Part shown: positions 52,186 through 64,000 of the stretch, one piece after another
How the letters are laid out: each line of letters opens with the position of its first letter
How positions within the stretch are numbered: position 1 is the stretch's first letter
Source of the DNA: Chiloscyllium plagiosum
Lineage: Eukaryota
NCBI RefSeq assembly: GCF_004010195.1
Contig: NC_057719.1
Coordinates: 78,039,929-78,103,928, forward strand
DNA length: 64,000 bases
Reading direction: 5' to 3'
Notes under the pieces: generated by a model
Told to the model about the DNA's origin: nothing
What the model saw: the letters and a program-made list of their open reading frames with translations, nothing else
The model's database searches: none
Position numbers and translations under genes: made by a program

Positions 52186-53354
52186 TAGTCCTCTGGCCAA
52201 TACTTATTCCTCAGTCACCATCATAAAAGCAGAACATTTAGTCATTAGTGTGTTGTTATTTGTGATAATTTGCTGCGCTCATTGGTTGGATCATTTTCTA
52301 TATTGCAGCAGTGACTATACTTCAAATGTAACACATGAAATACTTTATAAGTCCTGAGGACATGATAGGTGCCATATAAATGCTTCTCTTAAATTGTTTC
52401 TCTTAACAGTATGTCCTCCTCTGTCTGGAATGGGGGCTCGGATCTGTGCTGTAAGCTGATACATGATCACAGTCTGCGATATGAAAACCTGATAGTTCAT
52501 TCTTCTGGAATTATAGTTGTCTTATATGAAAGACCAAAATTCACAAGCATTTGCTAAAGCCCTGAGGGGACCATCAATTTTTCACAAAGGTCTTGAAAAT
52601 GTCTTTATTCTCTGTTGTAAATGATACTGATTGTTTCTAACCACAAGTGCCCAAACCTCCTGGATCATATTCATTTCCATGGAAGAAGTTGTGACTGACA
52701 CAGCTTTTAATGTTAACTTTGCTATTTTGCTGGATTTTATTGTTACTGATTCTATCCATTCTTGAGGATGGATAGATGACAGACACTGCATGGTTGAGCT
52801 ACAAGATGATATCTTTTGTGCTGAGTTTACAATGTTAAAAGGATTAACAAATGGCCAACTACACTTTGAGTAAAATGAGCATTCTGTTATGCACTAGGTC
52901 AGATTAACTTTCAATATTTAGGTATCCACGTAGATGAACCATTACAAGCACAATTTATATTAGTGATTGGTATTTGTCCATCCAATCTTGTTTCTGAAAA
53001 CTCCAACACAGAGCAGATTAATCAGATGGCAAAAAATGACAAGTAGGTTCTTATTTTCTGCAGTATTCAGTGCTTTTGTTTTTCAACCTTTTCTAGATTT
53101 GTTTTCCCTTGATCAAAATTTAACTGCCTGTGAAAGTTCATCTTTATTATTATCAATTTGCTTCACTTCGCTCGTTCTAAAGTTCCAAACAAACCACCTC
53201 CCATGTACTTTTTCCTCTTGTGGTATGTTTCAGAACTTAAACCTGCTCCATAGTGTTCCAGATGCTGCAGATTGGGTATAAACTAACTTAATGGCCCTTG
53301 ACTTTATTAGTGAGGCTGTGGCTCATAGTCTGCACACACTATTGTGGCATCATT

Positions 53355-54115
53355 TAGACTCATAGAGATGTACAGCATGGAAACAGACCCTTCGTTCCAA
53401 CCTGTCCATGCCGACCAGATATCCCAACCCAATCTAGTCCCACCTGCCAGCACCCGGCCCATATCCCTCCAAACTCATATACCCATCCAGATGCATTTTA
53501 AATGTTGCAATTGTACTAGCCTCCACCACTTCCTCTGGCAGCTCATTCCATACACGTACCACCCTCTGTGTGAAAAAGTTGCTCCTTTGATCTCTTTTTA
53601 TATCTTTCCCGTCTCACCCTAGACCTATGCTCTCTAGCTCTGGACTCGCCCACCCCAGGGAAGTGACTTTGTCTATTTATCCTATCCATGCTCCTCATGA
53701 TATTATAAACTTCTATAAGGTTACCCTTCAGCCTCCGACGCTCCAGGGAAAACAGTCCCAGCCTGTTCAGCCTCTCCCTATAGCTCAATTCCTCCAACCC
53801 TGGCAATATCCTTGTAAATAGTTTCTGAACCCTTTCAAGTTTCACAACATCCTTCCTATTCCAAGTATTCCAAAAGTGGCCTAACCAATGTCCTGTACAG
53901 CTGTAACATGACCTCCCAACTCCTGTACTCTAACCAATAAAGGAAAGCATACCAAATGTCATCTTCACTATCCTATTTACCTGCAACGCCACTTTCAAGG
54001 AGCTATGAACCTGCACTCCAAGGTCTCTTTGTTCAGCAACACTCCCTCTGACCTTATCATATAAGACCTGCTAAGATTTGCTTTCCCAAAATGCAGCAGC
54101 TTGCATTTATCTAAA
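53355..54115 (-). mobile_element. CR1 LINE 3' part
   Basis: 'KLERVQKLFTRILPGLEELSYRERLNRLGLFSLERRRLKGNLIEVY'. Confidence 0.9.
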
Positions 54116-56131
54116 CAGTAGGTGTTCCTTTTCATCTCTGACTTTCCCACCCTGGTCCTTAATGCAGTTTAATTTAAAATTCTTTCCCTTTAGCTACAGG
54201 GACCCTTGACTTTAATCCTGGAACTCCGAAATGGTTGCTTTCTGCCAGACTTTGAGTTGGAACTGCCCCTACTGACCCTCTGCCTCTTAAGGACTTTTAC
54301 CTGTGAAGTGTGAATTGTCTTTTTATTTGTTCCTAGCCCACACTATCTTTCCTGAGCCTCCCAACAGCTCTTCGATATAAGTTTTAGCCTGGAATGCTGC
54401 TTTTATCCTGCCATTCGTTCCCTGGATCTGCAGAGTGCTTCTCTGCCAATCGCGTGCACTTGCTGAATGACTGAGTATTCTTAAGGTGGCAATATCATTG
54501 ATGTAGTAAACTTACTTGCCTTCTGACAATTTTTTCTCCTGGGTTGAGTATGTTTTTTTCATCAAGATTACCTTGAGATATTTGAGCCATGACCCCATCA
54601 CTGATCACCATGTCATATGCTTTTGGAACCAACAATTCCTAGATAATTGTGTTGGGCAGATTGTTTCAACCACTTCTCCTAGAGTGGGTCTATTAAATTA
54701 CAGGGACAGAGGATCAACCATTTATGTGTCTTAACAAGAGGAAGCCTTTGTCATAATAATAAGGTGCAGTTTAATTTTTTTCTAATGATGCAATTTATTG
54801 CATGGTAGCAATAGGTGTTAGTCACGTTGACTAGTTATTCATAATTACTAAAATTATCAGGGATCAGAGTGATGTGTCCAAAGCCATCAGGACCTTGAGC
54901 TAGAGTCCTCGTTCTCCATGCAGGATATCATCATATTAACTCTTTTAGAACTAATACCTTATACAATACCTCCCAAGGTTTGATTGAAGTCAAAGCCATC
55001 TCTTCCTACAACTTGTTCTGCGCTAGAGCCTCAAAACTGTGAAGCTCCTCAGCTCTCTCTGATTTCTGATACTCCATATATTTTAAAAACCCAAGCCTAA
55101 CCAGTAACCGTGCAATGGAAAATTATTAAGTGAGGACAGCGATCTATCCGTTCATCTAGATTTTGTCCTTTACCTTTATTTTATTTTTGATCTGTGTTTA
55201 CCATCAGTGTTTTTGCTTTGTTTTGTAATGTCTTTCCTTTGAGGAAATATTCATGTATCTGGGTTCCTTCAAGTAATCTGACAAGGGCAACGTAAGCAAA
55301 AAGAAATGAGCTGTCCAGCCTTGAGCACTGGCCTGACATAGGTGTTACTTTGTCAGTCTCAAAGTTTCCATATCAAAGGAGGTCGGAAAGTCATGGTCTG
55401 GATCAACTCAGAGACTGAGGCCTCCACACTGACTGCTATGTATCTACCAGATGGTATTATAGCTCCCCCTAGCAGCCACTCATCACTGTTCTCACTTCTA
55501 ATAACTTCCCATTGCACAACAACTCCTGTTTAAGATTAAACATACAGCACTTAACTGATTACTAATGCTGTCGTGTTTCCTGTTCGGAGAGGCTTATTTA
55601 TATTTTTACAAGTGATGTTCTCTTTTGCTGTTGTGACATTTCCTCCCTTTCAAACTTCACAGCCAACTTACGCAATTGTAATTGGATGCTCCTTACTGCG
55701 TTGCCTAGAAACTGCTCCCTCCAATAAACCTCCAGTTACTCACCTCCAAAAGTCGCAGATGTCAGGTGATGGTTGCCACGATGTGGAAAAGGGAAAGAAT
55801 GTGAAAAATGACAATGTGCTTGGCTGCATTTCACCAAAGCTCCTCATTATCCACATTCTATGTGCAAAGGAGCAGCCAACAGGAAGCACAACTAAGCCCA
55901 AAGATGGCAAGTGAACTGGCAAAGCCTGCTCCGTTTAGCTGTGTGTAGATGTCAAGAATAATTTGCTGACCTCTGGCATGGCCCTCATCTCTAAATGGCC
56001 AAAATATTGGACGCACAACTAAAATTCTAATACAGGGTATTTGCTAGGGGTAAGCAGGGAATTAGAAAATGATGTGGAATTTTTGAAGCCAACTGATGGT
56101 AATGAAGAGTAATAGTGGAAATTTAAGTACT

Positions 56132-56455
56132 GGGGTGGCACGGTGGCTCAGTAGTTAGCACTGCTGCCTCACAGCACCAGGGTATGAGGTTCGATTTCTG
56201 TCTCAGGCGACTGTCTGTGTGAAGTTTGCACATTCCCCCCCGTGTCTGTGTGGGTTTTCTCCGGTTTCCTCCCACAATCTAAAGATGTGCAGGTTGGGTA
56301 GAATTGCCATGCTAAAAAAAGTTGTCCATAGTGTTAGGTGCACTAGTCAGGGGTAATTGTGGGGGAATGGGCCTAGGTGGGTTACTCTTCGGAGGGTCGG
56401 AGTGGACTTGTTGGGCCGAAGAGCCTATTTCCATACTGTAGGGAATCTAATCTAA
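56132..56455 (+). mobile_element. HE1-like tRNA-derived V-SINE, full length
   Basis: A-box TGGCTCAGTAG, B-box GGTTCGATTTC, V-domain and (aatct)n tail. Confidence 0.85.
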
Positions 56456-57054
56456 GTTGTGACAAAGCTCTACTGGGAGGTAGATCGAGAGTATTGACTT
56501 CTTCCTGAAGGGATCTATTGTGTTTGTCTGGTGTCAGTGTCTTAGTTTTATTGAAATTCTTTCTGTTTCTCTGATTTTGTTTTTGTTTGTGTGGGCTTCC
56601 TCACTCTGTTGCTAACGTCTCAGATAGTGGCACTTTCTTCTTTGTGAGTCTTTTCAATTCCTCCATATAACAGAGCTCTCTGGTTTGACTGATAATGGTC
56701 TTTCACCTTTTTCCCCCTCAAAACCTTTTAACACACCATGTTCTCTTGCAGCTTTTTTTTCATGGATAATGAATCAATGTGTGTTAGTGAAAAGGATGAC
56801 ACTTGCTCAAGGAAAGAACTGGTAGAAAGTATTTTGATGCTGTTGTGCTGCATCTATAATGAATTGTACTCACAATGAGAACTCACTTTTGCTCCTTCCA
56901 GTTACTGACCAAACGTTTGGACGTTGACTATCTAAAGGAGACAGATTTAAGATAATTGGCCAAAGTCAAGAAGGTAGACAAGGAGGAGGCTGGCTAAGAA
57001 CACAGTAAGCCAGGCAGCATCAGGAAAGAAGGAATTTTTTTAATACTGTATTTA

Positions 57055-57640
57055 TCTTATTCATGCCTATTGATGTAGACATTACTGGTTGAGCCAGTAT
57101 TTATTTTGCAACCTTAATTTCTTTTCAGAAGGTGGTGATGACCTGTCACTTTGAACAACTGCAGATTTGGGATGGAAATCTGGTGCAAAGGAGCGACATT
57201 GAAAGATCAGGAATATTTTCAAGTCAGGATGGCGTGTAACTTGGAGGGGACCTTGCAACTAGTGGAGTTCCCATGTACCTGCTGCTCTATCCTTCTAGAT
57301 GGTAGAAATCACATTTGAAAGGAGCTTTGGATGACCCTGGAATCTTGTAGATGGGACAGGTACTGCTACTGCATATCCATGGCAGGGAGTGAATGTTGAA
57401 GGTGGTGGATGTTTTGCTAGTCAAATGGGCTATTTTGTCCTAGATGGTGTCAAGCCTCTTGAGTGTTGTTGGAGCTGCATGCACCCAGACAAGTGGGAAC
57501 AAATCCATCACACTCCTAACTTGTGCCTTGTAGCTGGTGGACAGCCTTTAGGGAGTCAGGAGGTGAGTTACTCACTGCTGTATTCCTAGTCTCGGACCTG
57601 CTGCTCTAGCCACAGTATTTAGATGGCTGATCTAATTTTG
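57055..57640 (-). mobile_element. Decayed LINE 3' part (same family as 17850-18715)
   Basis: Direct similarity to 17850-18430. Confidence 0.6.
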
Positions 57641-57964
57641 TAGATCCTAATTCTGTAGATACTCTGCCTGACACTATGTTGGACACAGGTATTCCAGAGG
57701 GAACTGGATTGTTCTCTGAAAAGAATGGGGAAAAGGTGAAGGAGTGGCATTAGGTAAATTGCACCTTCAATGAGGAAGCTCAGATATGAAGGGCCAAATG
57801 GTGTGCTATGCTGTAAGAGTTCTACAGTTCTGTATCCAGGATTTCCAGGGTCAAGTCTTCACTGTAATGGCAGGAAACAGCTTCATTTCTGGATGAGGGG
57901 CCTGTCTCCAAGGATAACTAATGAAGGTTTACAAGTGGGTGTGCCTTTTGTTTTTTGGCAGATA

Positions 57965-58660
57965 TACCGAAATGTTGAAAGGATGAAAAGTTGCTAATGT
58001 TGGAAAGATGTTTCCTCAGAAGTAGGAGGCTATAGTTATAAAAACAAGAGGCTGCCAACTTAAAACAGAGAGGAGGAAACTATTTTTCTCTGAGGGTTGA
58101 GAGTCTTTGGAATTCCCTTCCTCAAAAGGCAGCAGATAGAGAATATTTAAATTATTAAGACAGAGGTCGATAGATTCTTGATCACCAAGGGGATGAAAGG
58201 TTATCGGAGATGTGCAGGAATGTGGAGTTGAGGTTAAAATTTTTAAAAATTATTTAATTCATTGGTGGAATGTGGATGCCTCTGGTTACATCAGCTTTTA
58301 TTGCCCATTCCTAATTGCCCAGATCTGACCACATTGCTCTGAGTCTGGAGTCACATATAGGCCAGACCAGGTAAGGATGGCAGATTTCCTTCTCTCAAGG
58401 ACAAGTGAACCAGCTGGGCATCTTTTTTTTTGACAATCGACAATAGTTTCATGGTCAGCATTAGACACCTAGTTCCATTGTTTTTAATTCAATTCAAATT
58501 CCACCATCTGACATGGAGGGACTTGAACCTGGGTCCCCAGAACATTAGTTGAGTTTCTGGATTAATAGTCTCGCCTCCCCAGATGATCAGATTAGATAAA
58601 ATCAGATTAGCCATGATCTTATTGAAGGGCTGAGTGGCGTACTCTGGTTCCTTGTTCATG
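57965..58660 (+). mobile_element. CR1-like 3' end with a minus-strand SINE (~58250-58580) inserted
   Basis: 'gagggttgagagtctttggaattcccttcctcaaaaggc...gtggagttgagg' resumes at 'atcagattagccatgatcttattgaagggctgagtggc'. Confidence 0.55.
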
Positions 58661-58782
58661 TGTTGCAGCCAGGAGTGTAGGGTTTCACCTTACAGGCTGG
58701 TCTTTGGTAAACACCACCATGACAACAGCCTGTCAGCTTGCCAGGAGTATTGGCAACCCAACTGGTACACACAGGGGCCATT

Positions 58783-59111
58783 AGATTATATTAGATTAGA
58801 TTAGATTGCTTACAGTGTGGAAACAGGCCCTTCGGCCTAACAAGTCCACACCGACCCGCCGAAGCGCAACCCACCCATACCCCTACATTTACCCCTTTAA
58901 CCTAACACTACGGGCAATTTAGCATGGCCAATTCACCTGACCTGCACATCTTTGTGTGCTGTGGGAGGAAACCGGAGCACCCGGAGGAAACCCACGCAGA
59001 CACGGGGAGAATGTGCAAACTCCACACAGTCAGTCGCCTGAGTCGGGAATTGAACCCGGGTCTCTGGCACTGTGAGGCAACAGTGCTAACCAATGTGCCA
59101 CCGTGCTGCCC
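58783..59111 (-). mobile_element. HE1-like V-SINE, well preserved
   Basis: Reverse complement 'gggcagcacggtggcacattggttagcactgttgcctcacagtgccagagacccgggttcaattcc', with an (ttaga)n tail on the + strand. Confidence 0.9.
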
Positions 59112-59199
59112 ATTGTTCACTAATAGTGGAGAGAGTGCATATTTAAGGTGATGGATAAAGTGCCAGTCAAGAAGTTGCTTTGTCTCAGATAGTGTTGAA

Positions 59200-59510
59200 T
59201 GGTGGGTCAATGGTAAGCACTGCTGCCTCTCAGTGCCAGGGACTAGGGTTTGATTCCAGCCTCGGGCAATGTTTGCACATTCTTCATGTCTGCTTGGGTT
59301 TCCCCTGGGTGCTCTGGTTTCCTTCCAGTGATGTACAGGTTAGGTGGATTGGCCGTGCTAAATTGCCCAGTGTCCAGAGATGTGTCAGTTAGTCAGAGGT
59401 AAATGTCGATTAATAGGGTTAGGGGAAATGGGTCTGGGTGGGATACTCTTTGGAGGGTCGTTGTGGACTTGTTGGGTCAAACGGCCTGTTTCCAGACTGC
59501 AGGGATTCTT
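59200..59510 (+). mobile_element. HE1-like V-SINE, more decayed
   Basis: 'ggtaagcactgctgcctctcagtgccagggactagggtttgattcc' through 'ctgtttccagactgcagggatt'. Confidence 0.8.
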
Positions 59511-59767
59511 GAATATTTTTGAAACCACACTCCTCCAGATTTTTTTAATGCACGCACTGACAATGAAACCGTTTCTTGGCTATGTGGCTTAGAACTATAT
59601 TTGCCCAGTGAGAAATTGTGGAGCCAAACCATCACTTAAAGCCAGATTATATTCTTTAAATGGTTTCTGCTGCAGAAACACTTTCTGTAAAGTGTGAAAG
59701 AAGACAATCAGCGCCATCAAGTGGATATAATTCTCCACAACAACAACAGCTATTGTCACAAAGGAGA

Positions 59768-60025
59768 TAGAGTCATAGTCATAGAGATGTACAGCATGGA
59801 AACAGACCCTTCGGTCCAACCCGTCCATGCCGACCAGATATCCCACCTGCCAGCACCCGGCCCATATCCCTCCAAACCCTTCCTATTCATATACCCATCC
59901 AAATGCCTCTTAAATGTTGCAATTGTACCAGCCTCCATCACTTCCTCTGGCAGCTCATTCCATACACGTACCACACCTGTGTGAAAAAAATACCCTTAGG
60001 TCTCTTTTATTTCTTTCCCCTCTCT
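59768..60025 (-). mobile_element. CR1 3' end
   Basis: '[37 protein letters not shown]'. Confidence 0.9.
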
Positions 60026-60094
60026 TTGAAATAATTTACAGCCATCTTTTTGCAATTTATTTTAATTGAAGACAGCTATCTACCAAAAATATAA

Positions 60095-61140
60095 ACTAAG
60101 TAATGAAGATGATTGATGAGGCCAGAGGGGTAGATGTGATCTATATGGACTTCAGTACGGCATTCGGCAAGGTTCCCAATGGGAGACTTGTGAACAAAGT
60201 TAGATCTCATGGAATACAGAGAGAACTCGCCATTTGGACACACAACTGGCTCAAAGGTAGAAGACAGAGGGTGGTGGGTGGTGGAGAGTTGCTTTTTCAG
60301 ACTGGAGGCCTGTGACCAGTAGAGTGCCACAGGGATCAGTGCTGGGTCCACTACTTTTCATCATTTATATAAATGATTTGGATGTGAGCATAAGTAGTAC
60401 AGTTAGTAAGTTTGCAGATGACACCAAAATTGGAGGTGTAGTGGAGAGCGAAGAGGATCACCTTAGATTACAATGGTATCTTGATTAGATGGGCCAATGG
60501 GCTGAGGAGTGGCAGATGNNNNNNNNNNNNNNNNNNNNNNNNNNNNNNNNNNNNNNNNNNNNNNNNNNNNNNNNNNNNNNNNNNNNNNNNNNNNNNNNNN
60601 NNNNNNNNNNNNNNNNNNNNNNNNNNNNNNNNNNNNNNNNNNNNNNNNNNNNNNNNNNNNNNNNNNNNNNNNNNNNNNNNNNNNNNNNNNNNNNNNNNNN
60701 NNNNNNNNNNNNNNNNNNNNNNNNNNNNNNNNNNNNNNNNNNNNNNNNNNNNNNNNNNNNNNNNNNNNNNNNNNNNNNNNNNNNNNNNNNNNNNNNNNNN
60801 NNNNNNNNNNNNNNNNNNNNNNNNNNNNNNNNNNNNNNNNNNNNNNNNNNNNNNNNNNNNNNNNNNNNNNNNNNNNNNNNNNNNNNNNNNNNNNNNNNNN
60901 NNNNNNNNNNNNNNNNNNNNNNNNNNNNNNNNNNNNNNNNNNNNNNNNNNNNNNNNNNNNNNNNNNNNNNNNNNNNNNNNNNNTGGAGGCTGGTACAATT
61001 GCAACATTTAAGAGGCATCTGGATGGGTATATGAATAGGAAGGGTTTGGAGGGATATGGGCCGGGTGCTGGCAGGTGGGACTAGATTGGGTTGGGATATT
61101 TAGTCGGCATGGACAAGTTGGACTGAAGGGTCTGTTTCTG
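60095..61140 (+). mobile_element. CR1 LINE spanning an assembly gap
   Basis: 'DVIYMDFSTAFGKVP...SKFADDTKIG' before the gap and 'EAGTIATFKRHLDGYMNRKG' after it. Confidence 0.9.
60519..60983. other. Assembly gap
   Basis: N run. Confidence 1.
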
Positions 61141-62069
61141 TGCTGTACATCTCTATGACTGTATAATGTTCTTGTCAATTCTTGAGGACAGGCGTAGGAT
61201 TTTGATTCTGTGAAATGAGGCAGACAAAATCTCTGGTGAAAGGCGACCACCCAAACGGTCATCCACTTTATCCCTTTATTGCATGTTTAAACTTTGATAA
61301 GTCTCCTGTGTATTTCTGAAGATTCCACTTTTATTTTGTGTGCTGACATATTTGGTAAATCCTCAAATATTTCTTCAGACATCAGTATCCAGTGGCATCC
61401 TCCTTTGTAATTGCCAATTCTTGAGCTCTGAGACCAGGACAATGATTCTCTGCACATTTAACACATGGGAAAAGCACCGAATTGGCCCATGAGGAGCAGT
61501 TAAGGATTCTGGGTCTGCATTTGATGGAACTCAGCAGGATGAGAGGGATCTGATTGAAACTCACATTCTATCTAGGCCTCTCAGTATTCTATATGTACAG
61601 AATGTATCTCCACGAGGAGGAGGGCCCAAGACCTGAGGGCAGAGTCTCAAATGAAGGGCTGAACCTTTTGAACTGAGATAACTGAGATCAGCCAGAACAT
61701 AGTGAATCATTGCTGCAGAGGGCTGTGGAAGCCAGGTCACTGAGTGTATTTACGGCAGAGGTAGGTAGGTTCTTTATCAAGGATTATGAAGAGAAGACAG
61801 AAGAATGAGATTGGGAAATTTATCAAACCATGACCAAACGGTGGAGCAGACTCGATGGGCTGGAAGAACTAATTCAGCTCTTTATATTGTATGGTCTTAT
61901 GGTCTAAGATGCAAGGTCAAGTCTTATCTCTTCATTTTGTCTGACAAGTCCACCCAATACATCATGTGCAGATATGAATTGGATGTCAAACTAGGTGTCA
62001 ATCTTTTAAACTTCATGTCCTGATAATTAAAATGATTTGCAGATAGGACTGTATGCTGCTGTCAGTGAG

Positions 62070-63500
62070 GAACATGGGAACAGAATTAGGCTATTCAGCC
62101 TTTTAAGCCTGTTCCACCATTCATTAAGATCATAGCTGTTCTATTACCTAATTCCATATATCTGCCTTTGGCCCTACCTCTTAAAACCAGCATTTAGCAA
62201 AAGTTTATCTGTCTCAGATTTAAAATTAACAACTGATCCAGCATACACTGCCATTTCTGGAAGAGAGTTTCACACACCTACCCACCCTTTGTGTGTAGAA
62301 CAGCTTCTTCACTTCTCTCTGAACGGTCTGGCCCTAATTCTTACACTATGCCCCCTAGTTCTAGAATCCCGAACCACCAGCAATAATGCATCCTTACCTA
62401 CCCTGTCTTTTCCAGTTAATAACTTAAAGACTTCAATCAGATCACCTTTAGAAATTTGACAGGTGAACTCGAGAGAAAACCGATCTAATTTGTATAATCT
62501 CTCCGCATAATGTAACCTTTGTAGTCTGGGTACCATTCTTCTACTACATGATACTTGCTCCCAAACTAATGTATCCTTCCTAACGTGTGGTGGCCAGATC
62601 TGCTCACAATACTCCAAATGGGGTCTAAGCAGGGTTTTAAGCTGCATCCTTTGTCACCCATTCCCCTCGATATAAAGGCTAGCATTCCATTAAGTTTCTT
62701 GATTTTTGTTTGTACCTTCGGGAGCTATGCACCTAAACCCCTAAGAATCTTTGGACATCCACTGTATTTAACTTCAGAACATCTAGAAAGTACTCTGACC
62801 TACCCTTTTTCAGTCCAAAATGTAACCTCCCAGTTGCTTACATTGAACTCCATCTGCCACGGTTTTGACCAGTCGCTTAGCCTTTTAATATCTCTTAGTG
62901 TAGATGATAGCATAAAATCACAATCTGCAATGCTAGCTAACTTTGTGTCATCAGCAAATTGGACAGATAATTTTCTATGCCATTATCCAAGTCATTAATA
63001 ACTAATATGAATAATAGAGGTCCTTATACAGATCCTTGTGGGACACCATTGGTCACATCTCTGCCGATTTGAGACCCGACCCATTATCCCTGCTTTCTGT
63101 CACCAGCCACTCAACCAATTTCCCAGTCACGTCAGTACTTTGTCCTCAATTCTGTGGGCTTCTACCTTTGTTAACAGTCTCTTAAAGGACTTTATCAAAT
63201 GCCTTCAGGAAGTCTATATAAACAATATCCATAGACATTCTCCTGTCCACTGTTTCAGCCACTTCTTCAAAACATTCAGTGAGGTTGACATGCATGGCCT
63301 AGCTGCCATGACGCACACTGGCTCTCCCTGAGAAACTGAAAGTTTGTGAGGTGTTCGGTTAGCCCATCCTTGATTATAGACTTCAACAGTTTCCCCACCA
63401 CATATGCTATGCTAACTGGTCTGTAATTCCCAAATTTTCCTGTTCTGCCCTTCTTTAAAAACTGGAGTGGCATGTGCAATTTTCCAATCCAGAGGGAGAC
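62070..63500 (-). mobile_element. Older CR1 LINE RT and 3' region
   Basis: 'GNYRPVSIAYVVGKLLKSIIKD' and 'LLRPHLEYCEQIWPPHVRKD...GDLIEVFK'. Confidence 0.85.
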
Positions 63501-64000
63501 TCATACTGTTCTACCCTTTCAGCCTGGGTTTGGCTACACCACAGATTGATGCTGTTCCTAACAGTCTTATGCCAAATGACTCATGAATATGTTCTTATTG
63601 AACTGAAGTTTACAATCTGCAGACCCTAACTGGTGTCACAAAGTTAGAAATTGCTGGAAACTGCATAGTCACACCAATTGGAATATGTGTAATGTGTGAT
63701 GACATTACAGAACTAATGTACCAGCTGCATCTTGTGTGCACTTTGCCTTTCATGCAGTTCCCTGAATGGACTCCATGTTCTGTGTGTCAGTATTTTCTCA
63801 TGAACCTGTTCAGAGATGTTATGACACACCTCTGGAGGAGGTACAACTTAAACCCAGGTCTCGTAGCAAAATGTACTGTGTGTTTGTAATGTGACATGGC
63901 AGTGCTGTTAGTTAGTCTGCTTTGAATTTTCAAGTTACATCCATTTAAATTGGGTGTTTCACTGTAACATATTGTACCCTTTTAAATTAACTCCTCCACA

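Larger units (their letters stand above)
48082..52385 (+). mobile_element. DeuSINE-like SINE split into 48082-~48270 and ~52186-52385
   Basis: Left part 'tgctgtcttctggatgagatgttaaa'. Right part 'ctggccaatacttattcctcagtcaccatca...cagtgactatacttcaaa...gtcctgagg...gccatataaatgc'. Confidence 0.55.

Noticed and set aside
55573..55922. 113-aa plus ORF and a minus-strand 'AG|gtgagt' donor-like site
   Set aside because: No recognisable homology and no matching acceptor or partner exons.
56132..56205. tRNA-like sequence with A and B boxes
   Set aside because: It is the head of a SINE followed by a V-domain and LINE-like tail, not a tRNA gene.
1..64000. CRISPR arrays, prokaryotic operons or endogenous viral genes
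   Set aside because: No regularly spaced repeats or long uninterrupted ORFs. All sizeable ORFs map to LINE, Penelope or LTR fragments or to spliced exons.

Overview
This is eukaryotic, repeat-rich vertebrate DNA. The CR1, HE1/V-SINE and Penelope repertoire points to a cartilaginous fish (shark), which is an inference. There are three N-gaps. The only intact host gene is the 3' end of a SIPA1-like Rap-GAP gene (SPAR family) on the + strand: five coding exons at 5121-5340, 6306-6452, 12858-12969, 13981-14062 and 19061-19204. They have canonical GT-AG sites and consistent phases, followed by a ~1.45 kb 3'UTR with AATAAA at 20644. The rest is layered, mostly decayed transposons: many CR1 LINEs, RTE and L1-clade LINEs, several Penelope-like (GIY-YIG) families carrying minimal hammerhead-ribozyme motifs, tRNA-derived SINEs, Gypsy LTR remnants, and fossil Harbinger Myb/SANT and transposase genes. 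Notable structures are a 410-bp templated copy of host intron sequence inserted into the hammerhead of a Penelope repeat, a fossil three-exon Harbinger Myb gene, and multi-level nested insertions. I see no convincing wholly novel protein-coding system. Repeat boundaries are approximate and family names come from recognition, not database searches.
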